This document shows positions 1 to 13,748 of a stretch of 64,000 bases of DNA, piece by piece. Made by a program: the position numbers and the translations under genes. Origin of the DNA: the human T2T-CHM13v2.0 reference genome, Homo sapiens; the NCBI RefSeq assembly GCF_009914755.1, contig NC_060929.1; one strand, 5' to 3'. The notes under the pieces were generated by a model that was not told where the DNA came from, did no database searches, and was given only the letters and a program-made list of their open reading frames with translations. The first letter of the stretch is position 1. The number at the start of each line of letters is the position of its first letter.

Positions 1-147
1 ACTCCAGACATTTAAAGAAATATTTTCATCCATAAACACATACATACAAATTTACATAATCACTTACATGCATCTGTATATTTACACACTCGCACACACA
101 CACATATTTGGCCATATATCAATGATGGATTAAACCATCACAATTGC

Positions 148-571
<424 letters not shown>

Positions 572-1648
572 TCAGAAGGGCAACTAGAGCCCCCATCCCA
601 TGAGATTGGCATGGAAATCACAGCCCTCATGCCTTTTTGTAAAGAAAACACTCATGAAAATATTAGACCTTAGAAATGGGGAGAGCAGCCCGCTGTTCTG
701 TACCAGGTACGAAACCAAAAGCAGAAAAGCTACGTTTAAAATCAAGCAGCCTCTTGATGGGTTTGACGAATGCCAGCCTCCTCTCTCTGCCTGTAACTCT
801 CCTCTCTCTGCCCCTTACCCTCAACATCCCAAGACAAATACTGCACGTTAATTAAATACAAAATGATTATTTAAAAACACTTGTGAAGGAATAATTATTG
901 TGCATATAATAGATATATGTATGTTAAACTCCCGTGCACACATTTTGAATGATTTATGGGGTCCTGGAGCTGCCGGTAGCTATCCTATTAGCGTTCACCC
1001 CACCCCACCCGACCTTTCTGCATGGTCTCTAAATGCTGGTGTGACTACCACACACAAGAGAACAACTGCATTGTGGATTTAAAGGTACTTTCTATGACTT
1101 TTCATTGGCTCCCAGTGAATAAGCTTTTAATGAAGAATCTCTGATTAAAAACAGGGTTTCACAGTATCTAAATTAAATGCATAGCTTAGGAAGTTATTTC
1201 TTGAAACCGGCTCGCCACATACAAGTCATGTCAGCATAATGAAAATACATACATGCATTCTGGCAGCATGAAATGCCATCATTTAGCCATCCTTCAGTTA
1301 CCCTTCTAAATAATTCCAGTCCAAGATTTTGGAATAAGGAAGGTTTACGATTAGATGGCATATAAGATGTCGGGATCATAGCGGGAAAGCCAGCAGTTTA
1401 GAGCATAGCAAATTCAGGTTCAAGTCTGAGTCTCATCATGTGTGGTTTTAGAGAAACCTTTCCCTCATGTGTTGTAGCTCTCTCTTGCCTCAATTATCTT
1501 AGAGAGTCTTAGAAAGGATTTGATAGAATAATGTTTTAAAACTGCATGAAACCTACACTGCATGAGTAAAATGTTGCCTGTGCTGAACTCCCGTTTATTT
1601 TTTGCATTGACTTTCACTTACACAACAATCCACTGCCATGTATGAAGT

Positions 1649-2109
1649 ATACTTGACCTCTGAACACCACGAGCTTGAACTGCACTGGTCCACTCATATG
1701 TGGATTCTCTTCCACCACTGCCACCCCAAGACAGCAAATCTAACCTCCTCTTCTTCCTCCTGCTCAGCCTACTCAACATGAAGATGAGGACGGAGGTTTT
1801 TATGATGACCCACTTCCATTTAACCAACGGTAAATTTATTTTTTCTTATGATTTTCTTAATAACATTTTTCCCCTAGCTTACTTTATTGTAAAAATACAG
1901 TATTTTAACATATTTTATACAGTGTATTATACATACAACAAACAAAATATGTGTTAATTGACTGTTTATGTTATTGGTAAGAGCCTACTGTTAACTGGAT
2001 GCCTTAATAGTTAAGTTTTGGGATAGTCAAAAGTTATATGTGGATTTTCTACTGTGCAGGAGGGAGGTTGGTGTCCCTAACCCCTATTTCGGTCAAGGGT
2101 CAAATGTAT
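1649..2109 (+). mobile_element. Tigger2a/MER28-like TcMar-Tigger DNA transposon
   Basis: TIR-like ends ttgacctctgaac...ggtcaagggtcaaatgta; internal cagcctactcaacatgaagatgagga...gatgacccacttcca typical of Tigger2 derivatives. Confidence 0.8.
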
Positions 2110-2139
2110 ATAGCATGCACCAGTTTTTTCACCTTCTCC

Positions 2140-2255
2140 CAACTTACCAGAAAAGAAAACCAAGGATCCAGGAGGTCAGGGAAGCTTCATGTCACAGAGC
2201 CAGAAAGCAGTAGAGTCAAGAATTGGAACTAGACTATGTGACTCAGGGCTCTGCC
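2140..2255 (-). mobile_element. MIR fragment
   Basis: Degenerate antisense MIR core (gtcacagagccagaaagcagtagagtcaagaattggaactagac). Confidence 0.6.
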
Positions 2256-2832
2256 ATTAGCTGCCTCTATTCTTACTGTTTCCTCCCCTACATACTTACA
2301 TAGAGCCAGCAAAGTTTGGGTGTATATTACAAACATACTGAACACTGATCATGCATTATACACTTGAATCTTTACTATGTCTCTATGATGTATTTTATGC
2401 ATTTTATGAAGAAACTAGGGTTTGCCCATGGTCCCTCCACAAGTGGCCAGGCTGGGCTATAAACCCATCTCCTCCCCACATCACCATCCTCAAACTTTCT
2501 GCACGGCTCCCTTACTTTGTCCTTCTCTCTCCCACTGCTCTGGTCCTGTTCATCCTTCTCCCACACTGCTCTCCCTCCCCTTTGTGCCATCCAGCCTGGA
2601 TTCACTTGTTACAGCTCATTCGGCTTAGGTATTCCACCCTGTCTGGCTGGTTTCCTGATAGATTTTCTTTTGTATTCTGAGGCACTGAAAGTCTAGAAGT
2701 CCCCATCAGCCTTGAATTCCAGACCCCTGCTACTGATGAGTTATTTTTGGCCTTTTCTCCAAAACTTGACTGCAAGCTCCTTACCACTTGCCTGTACTGC
2801 CCATCGCACCTGGCTAAGTGCTCAGAACTTAC

Positions 2833-2957
2833 TAGGTTGGTGCAAAACTAATTGCAGTTTTTGCCATTACTTCCAATGGCAAAGGGTTAGGGTCAGGGTT
2901 AGGGTTTGCCATTATTTCTAATGGCAAAAACTGCAATTAGTTTTGCACCAATCAATA
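2833..2957. mobile_element. MADE1 (Hsmar1-derived MITE) with duplicated core and telomeric-repeat insertion
   Basis: taggttggtgcaaaactaattgcagtttttgccatt...aatggcaaaaactgcaattagttttgcaccaa matches MADE1 TIRs; 21-nt insert at 2884-2904. Confidence 0.92.
2884..2904 (+). repeat. Short interstitial telomeric repeat GGGTTAGGGTCAGGGTTAGGG
   Basis: Read directly; TTAGGG/TCAGGG units giving four G3 runs. Confidence 0.9.
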
Positions 2958-3076
2958 CATACGGAGTTCAACAGATGCGCCTAGTAAGGCAACTGGCTGC
3001 CATTGGTTTGAGAAGCATTACTAACGCCCTCATATTAAGTGACCACAACACCAGATTAAAAAGAAAGGTACCATTA

Positions 3077-3466
<390 letters not shown>

Positions 3467-3479
3467 TAGACGTAAAATG

Positions 3480-3930
3480 AAAAGTAAAACCCATATCTTT
3501 CTCCCCCACTCTGACCTCTGGTCTCTTCCTCTAAAGAGGTTAATATTTTCTTATATATCTTTCTTAAAAATGTTTATGCATATACTGGTATATATACGTA
3601 TTATTTAAAATAAGCACAATTAAAAAATATACACACTGTTCTACATTTTCCTTTTCTCACCTAACTGTGTATCTTACAGTATCAGCACATGTAACTCTAC
3701 CTAACTCTTTTAAATGGCCACATACTCTTTCTTCATATAGATGTGCCATAAGTTATTAACTGGTACCCAGTTGAAGGTTGCTTCCGGTTTTCTATGAGAA
3801 CAGTGAACTTCAAGGTACACATGTCTTGGAATATTTTGTGAATATAGTTTTAGAAAAGTTCCTAGCAGTGGGACTGCTTGGTCAAAAAGGCTATGTGCAC
3901 TTAAATTTTTGATAAATATATTGCCCAAGG
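3480..3930 (-). mobile_element. Old L1 (L1ME-like) 3' fragment
   Basis: Antisense L1M motifs such as agttcctagcagtgggactgcttggtcaaaaaggctatgtgcac. Confidence 0.7.
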
Positions 3931-4317
3931 GGGTCTCCGAATTAATTAGGTTGCACTAATCTTATTTATTTGGAGTAGTTCACATTGACTCTGTAGATCA
4001 TAGTCCCAGAGGAAGGCCCGGAACTAGAGCTAATGTTGTGGGCAGCCTCTGAATCTGCCCAGGGTTTGGGGAAGATTAAATCATGGTCAGAGAGAGCCAC
4101 ATTGGCAATAGCAATAAGCTTTCTTCTACACACAGAAAATGCAGAGCATATGCTAAATGGGCACTTTCCACTAGCTGCTGCTGCCGTTACCTGGACTTTT
4201 CTGGGAACATCTCTTGGTAACTGAGGATGAGACCACTGGTCCTCCTGGGAAGTAGGACATTTGGATTCTATTCCCAACTCTGCCACTCGTTTTGCTATTC
4301 CACCATCAGCCAGTCCC

Positions 4318-4400
4318 TTCTCTTTTCTGTACTATACTTCTGTACTCTTTTCCGTAGCGTACTTCTCTTTTCTGTACTGTGCTTCTCTTTTCTGTACTGT
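4318..4400 (+). repeat. Degenerate ~20-bp minisatellite (ttctcttttctgtactgt)
   Basis: tctgtact recurs four times plus variants. Confidence 0.7.
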
Positions 4401-5045
4401 AATTTCCTAATTTATGACATAGGTGATTGGACTTGGGGCTACAAACTCACATACTCACAGGAACATGGCAGACAACCTAATCCTGTGTCTGGGTGGGGAG
4501 GGTCGTTCATAAAAGAACACATGCCCCATCTGAGGATGGAGCCCAAACTCCACTGTAGAGGACATTGGGGGGTAAAAATGTAGGCTTACTGTCACTAGCC
4601 AGATTTCTTTTTCTTGATTTTTTTAAATGCTAGAAACTAATTCAAACATTTTAAAAATTCTATTTATATTTAGTATATAAAAATCCATGAGTTCATAATA
4701 ATACTCTAAATGTGAAAGCAGGCAATACGTAATCTGTCAAAAGAGGTAGCTTTTACCAATTCTTTATTCTGAAACTTGATAGTTAAAAGGGGGAGAATTC
4801 AGCTTTTATCCGGTCTTTCCCATAGTAACTGTACTTCACGGTAACCACATAGTCTGGGTTTCTGAACTTTGCTTTTCATATGAATTCTGACTAATATATT
4901 TAAACGAAGTGTGGAAAAATCATTTTACAACCTCTAATTAAATAACTGATTCAGGCAACAGTCATCAATGAATGCTAAAACCTTGAAGTTAAAGTTTGAT
5001 TCTTAGGATGCCAAATTATCAGTGACGGGTGATTGCTGCTAGTGA

Positions 5046-5193
5046 GGGTAGACAAGCGACTTTACAATAGAGCAATTGATCAATCTCGGCATGACAACAG
5101 TGAACCAATCGAGAGGTTCCTCGTACGAATTGGTTCGCTGTTGTCAGGCCAAGATTTACCAATCCCTCTATTGTAAAGTTGCTTTTCTATCCC
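5046..5193. repeat. Long inverted repeat, ~65-bp arms and 19-nt loop
   Basis: 5046-5109 versus reverse complement of 5129-5193: 9 mismatches and 1 gap by manual alignment. Confidence 0.92.
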
Positions 5194-5199
5194 AATACA

Positions 5200-5470
5200 T
5201 TAATAGTTGTTATAAAACAGCTTATATATAAGCTATAACTTTAAATATATTTAATGTTTTATTATGCGAACATATCCAAAATATAATTTCAACATATAAT
5301 CTATTTAAAATTGTTAATGAGATATTATGCATTCTTTTTTTTTTGAATACTGTTTTGGAAATCCACTTTGCATTTTATACTTACAGCATACCTTAATTTG
5401 GACTAGCCATATTTTATCTGCTCATCAGCTACATGTGTCCACAGGCTGCTGTATGGAACCGCATCGTTTT
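5200..5470. mobile_element. MER3/MER33-like hAT-Charlie fragment
   Basis: attttatacttacagcataccttaatttggactagccatattt...gctacatgtg motif. Confidence 0.65.
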
Positions 5471-5654
5471 GGACAAAAAGAGGCCTAACAAGTAAATGTC
5501 ATATGTGAACTGTGTATAGATTGTAGTTTAAACAAACCAATTGTTGGAAAACATTTTTAGGACAACTGAGGGACTTGTAATATGGACTGTATATGGGATG
5601 ACACTCAGGAATTAATATTCATTTTGTTAGGTATGATAATAGTGTTATGGTTTT

Positions 5655-5718
5655 CTTTTTCTTATGATACTTTAAGTTCTAGGGTACATGTGCACAACGT
5701 GCAGGTTTGTTACATAGA
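5655..5718 (-). mobile_element. Extremely 5'-truncated L1PA 3' end
   Basis: atactttaagttctagggtacatgtgcacaacgtgcaggtttgttacatag is the antisense L1PA terminus. Confidence 0.88.
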
Positions 5719-6179
5719 CATATTTTTACTTTTTGGTGGGGCATACTGAAATATTTAAGAATAAAGTATAACAATGTCTGTAATTTAAAATGGCAAAATC
5801 ACCACCACCACCACCACACAAATAGCAAAATATTTACAATTGTTAAATCTAAGTGATGGGCATATGTGGAGCCCACATTTGAGTGATCTCTAAGGCTCTT
5901 TTTAGATGGAAAATGTTAGAATGCCAGCTGCATATTCTGCCTCTGAATGTCATTGCTGTAGGAAGGGAGACACACACAGAGCAAGCACCACACTCTTAAT
6001 CCAACAGAGCTTTCTCCTCTCCTCTGGAGGGAAGGCCTGGGAGAACCTGCAGCTGTGGGAGGTGCTTCGCTCTGCAAGACAGAGCTGCTGCTGAGGCATC
6101 AGGACCCAGAGAAGACAGGTCCCAGCCAAGTGCAGAGACAAAGGGGCGGGGCCCTGCAGGCGCCAAGCACGTCACTTAC

Positions 6180-6670
6180 TGGACTCAGCCCGGATGCATC
6201 CAGCACTGTCCTTCATTAGCACTAATGGAATTTCAAGGTCAATGACCAGTCATAAACATCAGCCCTAAATTAAGTGTATCCCAGGCTCCTTGCCCAGAGG
6301 ATTATTTCTTTTTTCTTAAAAGCCAAGTTGCTTGGGAGTTAGGAGAGTGGCAAAAATACAGTTAACCTTTCAAGATAAAAACACTATCAATTCCATTGAT
6401 TTAGATCACAACTTGCTTCCATTTAACTCATCAAAAAGGATTGCCAATTTAAAAAATAATGTATTTCTCAGTCTTAAGGAGATTCTTCTTCTTTTTTTCT
6501 CCTTCTTTCTCCAGGCAACTTTTCTTCCAGCTCCACTGGGGAAGCCTTATACAGGTAGATTGACTCGGGGCTGGCTAGATTGCTGACAACACCAAAATGC
6601 TGCACACCTCACCCACGGTGCTTTGTTTTATTGATAGCGGCGTCTCTCCCTGTCATTTCTCCCTCTCTCC
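6180..6670 (-). other. Candidate alternative first exon of an unidentified minus-strand gene
   Basis: Repeat-free block ending in CCA|GTAAGT donor (6180/6179); adjacent GC box 6143-6151 and TGACGT; 5' end is a guess. Confidence 0.35.
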
Positions 6671-8589
6671 TTCTGAACAGCTGGGAATTCCTTGTCATAC
6701 AACATGACTAATATGTTCAGCTTCAGAGGTACAAAGGAGACGGAAATAAATGAAGGGATTGCTAAATAGGAGTTTTTCTATCCCTCTAGTGGGATGATGA
6801 GTAACTAGGAATAGACAGCGACCCAACATCATTGCATAATAATCATCAGGTTTAGAATCTGAGAGACTTGAAAAGAATCAGAAATCAATACCCTACCTAA
6901 GATCAAGTGGAGGTGAGCTTTGGTTCCCAGACCAGAATCAACAGCAATTCCTAGCCAAGCCCTAGTCTTACTATACCTTGAGACTTACGAGTTGGATTTT
7001 AACGGCTCTGAACCCTTCCTGCTCTGCTGTGGTCCTGGGCATTGTGTCTCAGCCCCAGCTTGTGTTCTTGCCTACCTCTGAATCTGTGTGTGGCACTACA
7101 GGCATGGAAAGAACTGGTCCCCTGACATAAATCTCAGTCAAATCCCTTGTTTTTTATTGATATTCCATGCTGAGGAATTCCAACCAGTACTCCAAACAAG
7201 ACACATCTTGATGCAGATAGTAATAACAATTTTTTACAAGACTCTGTATTAAAGAAAGATGGCCACAGCCCTTCCCCCTGCTTCTGGGGTTCCCTGTCAG
7301 CCTTCTCTCTAAAACCTGGAGTCTGTTGTAATGTTTCCTATTTCCCATCAAAAAACACAAAGCCAGTATTGCTTTTATGTCCATATTATCTCTAGAAGCA
7401 TACCCTCCAATCTGGAAGGTTTTGGCACGTTAAAATCTAATTCCTCTTTGGAGAAGCCAAGGAAACCTTCGCAGCAGTATTGTGTGATTCTTTTTTCCCC
7501 AGGCTGAAAGGGTTAGCTTTATCAAGCTAATACAATCTTCTCTCCCAGGACAGACCAACTCTGACTTAAAACAATCTGTGAATAAATAGCTCAGCCTTCC
7601 CCCAAGTCTCTCTCCCTTCATCTCAGCAGAAGAAAGAGGGAGTATGGATTATCATTTTGATTACAAATATATTTCTATCTAGAGGAAGATCTACAAAGGG
7701 CTAAAGTCACCTCTATAAATTTAAACAGTCTTCAGTTAGCCCTGAAGAGTTAAATCCTCTTCTCCCTCTCCCTTTTTTTTTCCCAACATCCTGGTGCTTC
7801 AGAGATGTTATATTAGACAGATGTCAAGTTGATATAATAAACAGCAATGCCAAATCTAATGAATTAAGGGAAAAGAGAACCACATGCTGAGATTTTCAGA
7901 TGAAATCAGGTAATGACAGGGAAGAAAAATGAAGCTGCATTTAAAAACGACTTGAGAGTCCAAAATTCAAGGTGTGGAGAGACTCATAGCAGGAGAAATT
8001 TCAACTGCGCACTGCATTCATCTTACATATATATGCATTTCTGCCTGATGTTCTGACTTGCATCAGAACAAAAATAAAATGAAATTTAAAGGGCCCCTGG
8101 GGCTAGTAATACTTTGATAAGGGAAGTTGGTATGTCAGTTGTCACTGAGGGCCCCAGCCTGTTTGTCAACGGCTGCACTAAGGTGAGGGTTTGAGAAGAC
8201 ATTTTATAAGAGGTTTGTGAACCCGATTTGTGTTTCTGACAACTTCCTTGCACTTGCCATTTATTATGCTCAGGTGGAAGAATTCAGCTCTTAGTGGTTT
8301 GGATCCATAAACGGACATGTGGCTATGGCCTCCCTAAGCATCAATGAGACAGTGCAGCATTTGGGGCTTGGATAAGAGATTGCTCTTCTTAAAGTTCTTC
8401 AGGAAAGGAGACATTACAGCTTCAGTGACACATTCAAGGTTATATGTGGATAATAAAATTCTACTTTTTGTCTAGCTCAAAGAACTCTGGATTTAATTTA
8501 TGTGTTTCACTTCTTCTTAAAAATTTCTGCAGACATACCAACTTCCTTCTTCAAAGTCAAAAAATCCTCACCATATATAACCACTTAGC

Positions 8590-9140
<551 letters not shown>

Positions 9141-9935
9141 CATAACTATGATATACTGTTAAGCAAAACAGTAAACTTTAAAATGGGGTGTAATCTGATT
9201 CCATTTGATTCTGCTGAGAAACTCTCTGGAAAGAGACTTAAGCTTTTAATAATGGCTACCTCTGTATAGGAGAATATGGGGGTGGATGGGAACTGTTGTA
9301 TTGTAAAATTAGGTAATATGTAATTTTTTTTAAAAAAAAACAAAGAACATTAACTTTATAATTATTATAAAAACTTTAAGAAATGTCCCTTGTCTAACAA
9401 AGATAAAGTTACACTTTAGTCTTTTCTTTTTCAGATTAAACTCCAAAAGGCTTTACTTTTTCGATCCTAATAGTAACATTATGTTTTGGATTCTACACAT
9501 TTGTCATTTCAAGTCACTTTTTCATTGATTAAAAAGTGAGAACACATAAAAAAGGGAACTTCTTTGATGCGAGGTTTTGATGTACACTCAATTTGATATT
9601 ATTCAATATGCTTTCTTCTATTCTAGTACCTTCCTCTGAGAAGAGTTAATGTCAATATTCAGTAGATATAGTACCAAGTTATTTAGAGGTGTTAAAATCA
9701 AGCGAGGTTTTGGGTTTCTACTACGTGGAAGTGAGTGTTTATTTTTTTCTAGAAGGGATCTCTAGCACCTTGCATTGCTGAAACATCAGGCTCTCTGCAA
9801 CAATGACCTTCTTTTTGGGATATAAAGGCTTTTTGGGTATCTGGTCCTCACTTGGGCAGAATTCTAGAAGAGGACAATAAATAGCTACAAAATGAGGAAG
9901 TCAGCCCTGTCTCTGGGTAAGCTATGCACACTTAC

Positions 9936-10490
9936 CTGATTCACCTGGTTTTTATTTTGGGAGTCAAGATTTTTAGCGAGCTGGAGCCTCTAACCCCTTC
10001 CGGGCAGCCCCCATGTACAGAGGCCCCTTATCTACAGACTTCACCGGGTGGCTAACTCCCTTCTCCAGGATGCCTCACACGTTAGGAATCACAATAGCCA
10101 CACACACCTGGGCTAATTTTGCTGAGAGCAGGGGCAACAACTTAACTAGAGGCAGGGAGGATAATCTCAGAATGAATTATTCACCAGCGAGACCATCACG
10201 GCGGCACGGAAGGAATACAGATGCCTGCTGTTGGGCTACAGCTCCCCGACTTCCTTATTCAGTTTTAATGCGTCTTTCCAGCCGGTGTGAAGCAAGTGTG
10301 TTCGCATTCAGGCAGCTTCTGCCCTGGTTCCAGAACTGCTGCTTCTCTCTGCTTCTGGTTCAGGCTTACTTCTCTTGGCGTGGGTGAACTTCTCTTTTGA
10401 CTTTTAAGTTCTCTTTTGTACAAGTCAGTCTGTCAGTCTGTCTCTGCTTCTTTCTTTTTCTAGCTTATTTAAACTCCAAGTCTCTCTCTC
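9936..10490 (-). other. Candidate non-coding first exon/promoter of an unidentified minus-strand gene
   Basis: Repeat-free, CpG-retaining block; perfect CAG|GTAAGT donor at 9936/9935; purine-rich 5' part and TTTAAATA near 10470; TSS estimated. Confidence 0.5.
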
Positions 10491-11529
10491 CCTATTTTTT
10501 TAAAAAACAGGAATCAGAAATACCACCCATTAAGCTTTTCCATGCTGTACTCACTGATAGATTAGGTAAAAGCCATTGCATAAATACCCACCACACATCG
10601 CTCATTCCTTCATTTATATCCTACGGGATAACTGCTTGCAGCCTTACTATCATGACACATTGCTCTGCTCCTTGAGCTGTCAAGAGGTTTAGCTTCTTGG
10701 TAATCTGGCTCTGGAGTCAGATTGCCGGAGTTTAAGTTGTGGGTCTCGGATTTAAAACCCTGATTTTTCCCCTCAAAATCGGTATTTGGACATCATCTGT
10801 CATCTGACATGTGGAAAGGAAAATGATAGAAAACTTCTGTCCAACAGGACACTTCTCCACACATGATCCTGCACAGAAAATAGCTCTCCTTTCCTTGCTC
10901 TGTTCTCCCCAGCCTTCTAAAAAAATGCTTATAATCCCACACTCTATGTTCCTGAATACTTTACTTCTCTCACGCTTCCACTCCAAGGCGCATACCCAGG
11001 CTCATCCATTCACCTCACGTACAAAATGAAGAGGGCAATTTTCTGTAGTAAAGATATATGGGAGAAGCCAACCTCAAGTTCACATCTGTTAAAGCATTTC
11101 TCTGTTGGCAACATTTTTACAAGCCTCTCAAAGCTATATGCTTAATTAAAATAAAAGGGTGATATACATCATTGCACCAAGTCTTTGCTGATATAGAGGA
11201 AGGAAGGGGAAAAATGAGCGCATTAGTTCTCTTTTATTAAAAGAGTTATTTCAGCATGACATCTCAACTAAAGACTAGCCATTAGCAAAATTAAAAATTA
11301 GGTGATGTTGATTTTGGGAAATGTACACATTTAATGCCTTCCTCTTTCCTCCGGCTGCATCTCCTGTCCCGGCTCCAAGCTGCTTACTTTCCTCCCACCC
11401 GCTCAGGGAGCATCCTTGATCTTTGAGTACCCAGAACTGATTATCATAATGATGGAATGACAAGGAGAAGGAGAACACTTTGTTTATAAATGCTATCCTT
11501 CTTCAAATTAAATTAGAACAAAAAGGCTA

Positions 11530-11830
11530 ACCTTTACTGAGCACATACTACATGTGAGACACTGGTCTAAGCTCATTTAATTATGGCTCATTTAATTATG
11601 TAAATCACTCTTAGGAAGTATAGGGGAAGAAAAGCAATATTTATGGAACACCTGCCATATCCTAAATGCATTATGGGAATTTTCTATATTAATCCATATA
11701 CCAACCATGCAAGGTTAATGAAATGAACTCCATTTTACAGATGAGCAAACTGAGGCTCTGAGAAGTAACTGGCCCCATGCTGCAGTGTTAGTAAGTCAAG
11801 GAGCAAGGTTTCAAACTGCAAATAATTAAT
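11530..11830 (-). mobile_element. MIR fragments
   Basis: ccattttacagatgagcaaactgaggctctgagaagtaact core. Confidence 0.8.
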
Positions 11831-11859
11831 TTCAATTCTGTATAGAACACAAGAAGTGA

Positions 11860-12245
<386 letters not shown>

Positions 12246-13176
12246 TTAAGGAGTCTGCAAGGGGAAGAGAGAGAGAAAAAGGGCACAGATCAGAGCTGGT
12301 CTTCAACTGCAGATGCTGGAGTGCCAGGGAAAGGGCAAGGAGCTTCAGTTTGGAGGCAATGGGCAACCATCAGAAGTTTTTCCAGCAGGTACACAGGAAC
12401 AGAGCTTCATGAAGCTTGATCAGGCAGTGATGTATCAACTGATGATAAGGGAGATAAATACACAGGTAAGAGGTCTGGGCCTAAGACAAAGAGGGCTCAG
12501 CTAGGGCCAGGTGCTTGTGTTGAATATGAAACTATGAGTGCTGCATGCTAGGTGAACTCTCACTATCCTAAATGCAGGAACTGAAGTGATTTCGACAAAC
12601 ATTTTGGGATTCCCTTAATACCTGAACATATGTAGCGAAAGTCTTAGCATCTGAACTTAGAACTGAGTAGATACGGAAAGTGAGGATACTTTCATTAAGA
12701 GGTTGAGTAGCGGAGTTACCAGATCATGTGCTTGACTAGATGGGAGCAGAGGGGACTTGTAGGAAATAAAGAGTCAAGAATCATTCCAGCTCGGAACCTT
12801 TAGGACTGGGGCAATGACAGGTGAATCCATACACTGAAGAGAAATGCCTTGATTGAGAATGTTTTGGGGGAAACAGTTTAACAAACCACAGGATGGCAGA
12901 TAAACAGCAGGGTGAGCAAGCTAAGCCCCAGAACATCCTACGAGCCACAGTTCTGGGCGTCAGTCTTGAAGCTCCCCCTCCCTAATCCTTATATCTGACC
13001 AACCACCAAATTCTAGCATTTCTACTCCCAAATATCTGTTCAGTCCACTTCTCACCTCCACTGGCAGCATCCTCCCCCAAGCTACCATCCCTTCAACTGG
13101 GCTACTCAAATCCCTCTGCTTCCTGACAATTACCTTCCACCTTAAGTCACAGGGCTCTTCACAAACATAAATATGA

Positions 13177-13498
<322 letters not shown>

Positions 13499-13537
13499 AA
13501 TATCTTTTAAAGGCTTCTCAGTGTCCTTAGACTAAGC

Positions 13538-13748
13538 CAGGCATTGGCAAACTATGGCCTGTGGGCCAAATCCAGCCTGCTGCCTGAAATAAAGGTTACC
13601 GGAACACAGCCACGCTCAATCATTTACATGTTGTCTACGGCTGCTTTTGCACCACAACAGCAGAATGGAATAGGGTCACAGAGACTGTCTGGCCTGCAAA
13701 GCCTAAAATAATATCTGGTCCTTTACAGAATGGGTTTGCCAACCACTG
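13538..13748 (+). mobile_element. MER58A hAT-Charlie MITE
   Basis: caggcattggcaaactatggcctgtgggccaaatcc...tttgccaaccactg; degenerate 8-bp TSD gactaagc/gactagat. Confidence 0.88.

Larger units (their letters stand above)
4650..5860 (+). mobile_element. L1MC-like 3' UTR fragments, interrupted
   Basis: aaatccatgagttcataataatac, gattcaggcaacagtcatcaatgaatgctaaaacc and cattttgttaggtatgataatagtgttatgg resemble L1MC4/5. Confidence 0.6.

Noticed and set aside
9936-10490. Assigning a gene symbol to the candidate first exons
   Set aside because: No coding sequence to anchor the identity; any name would be a guess.
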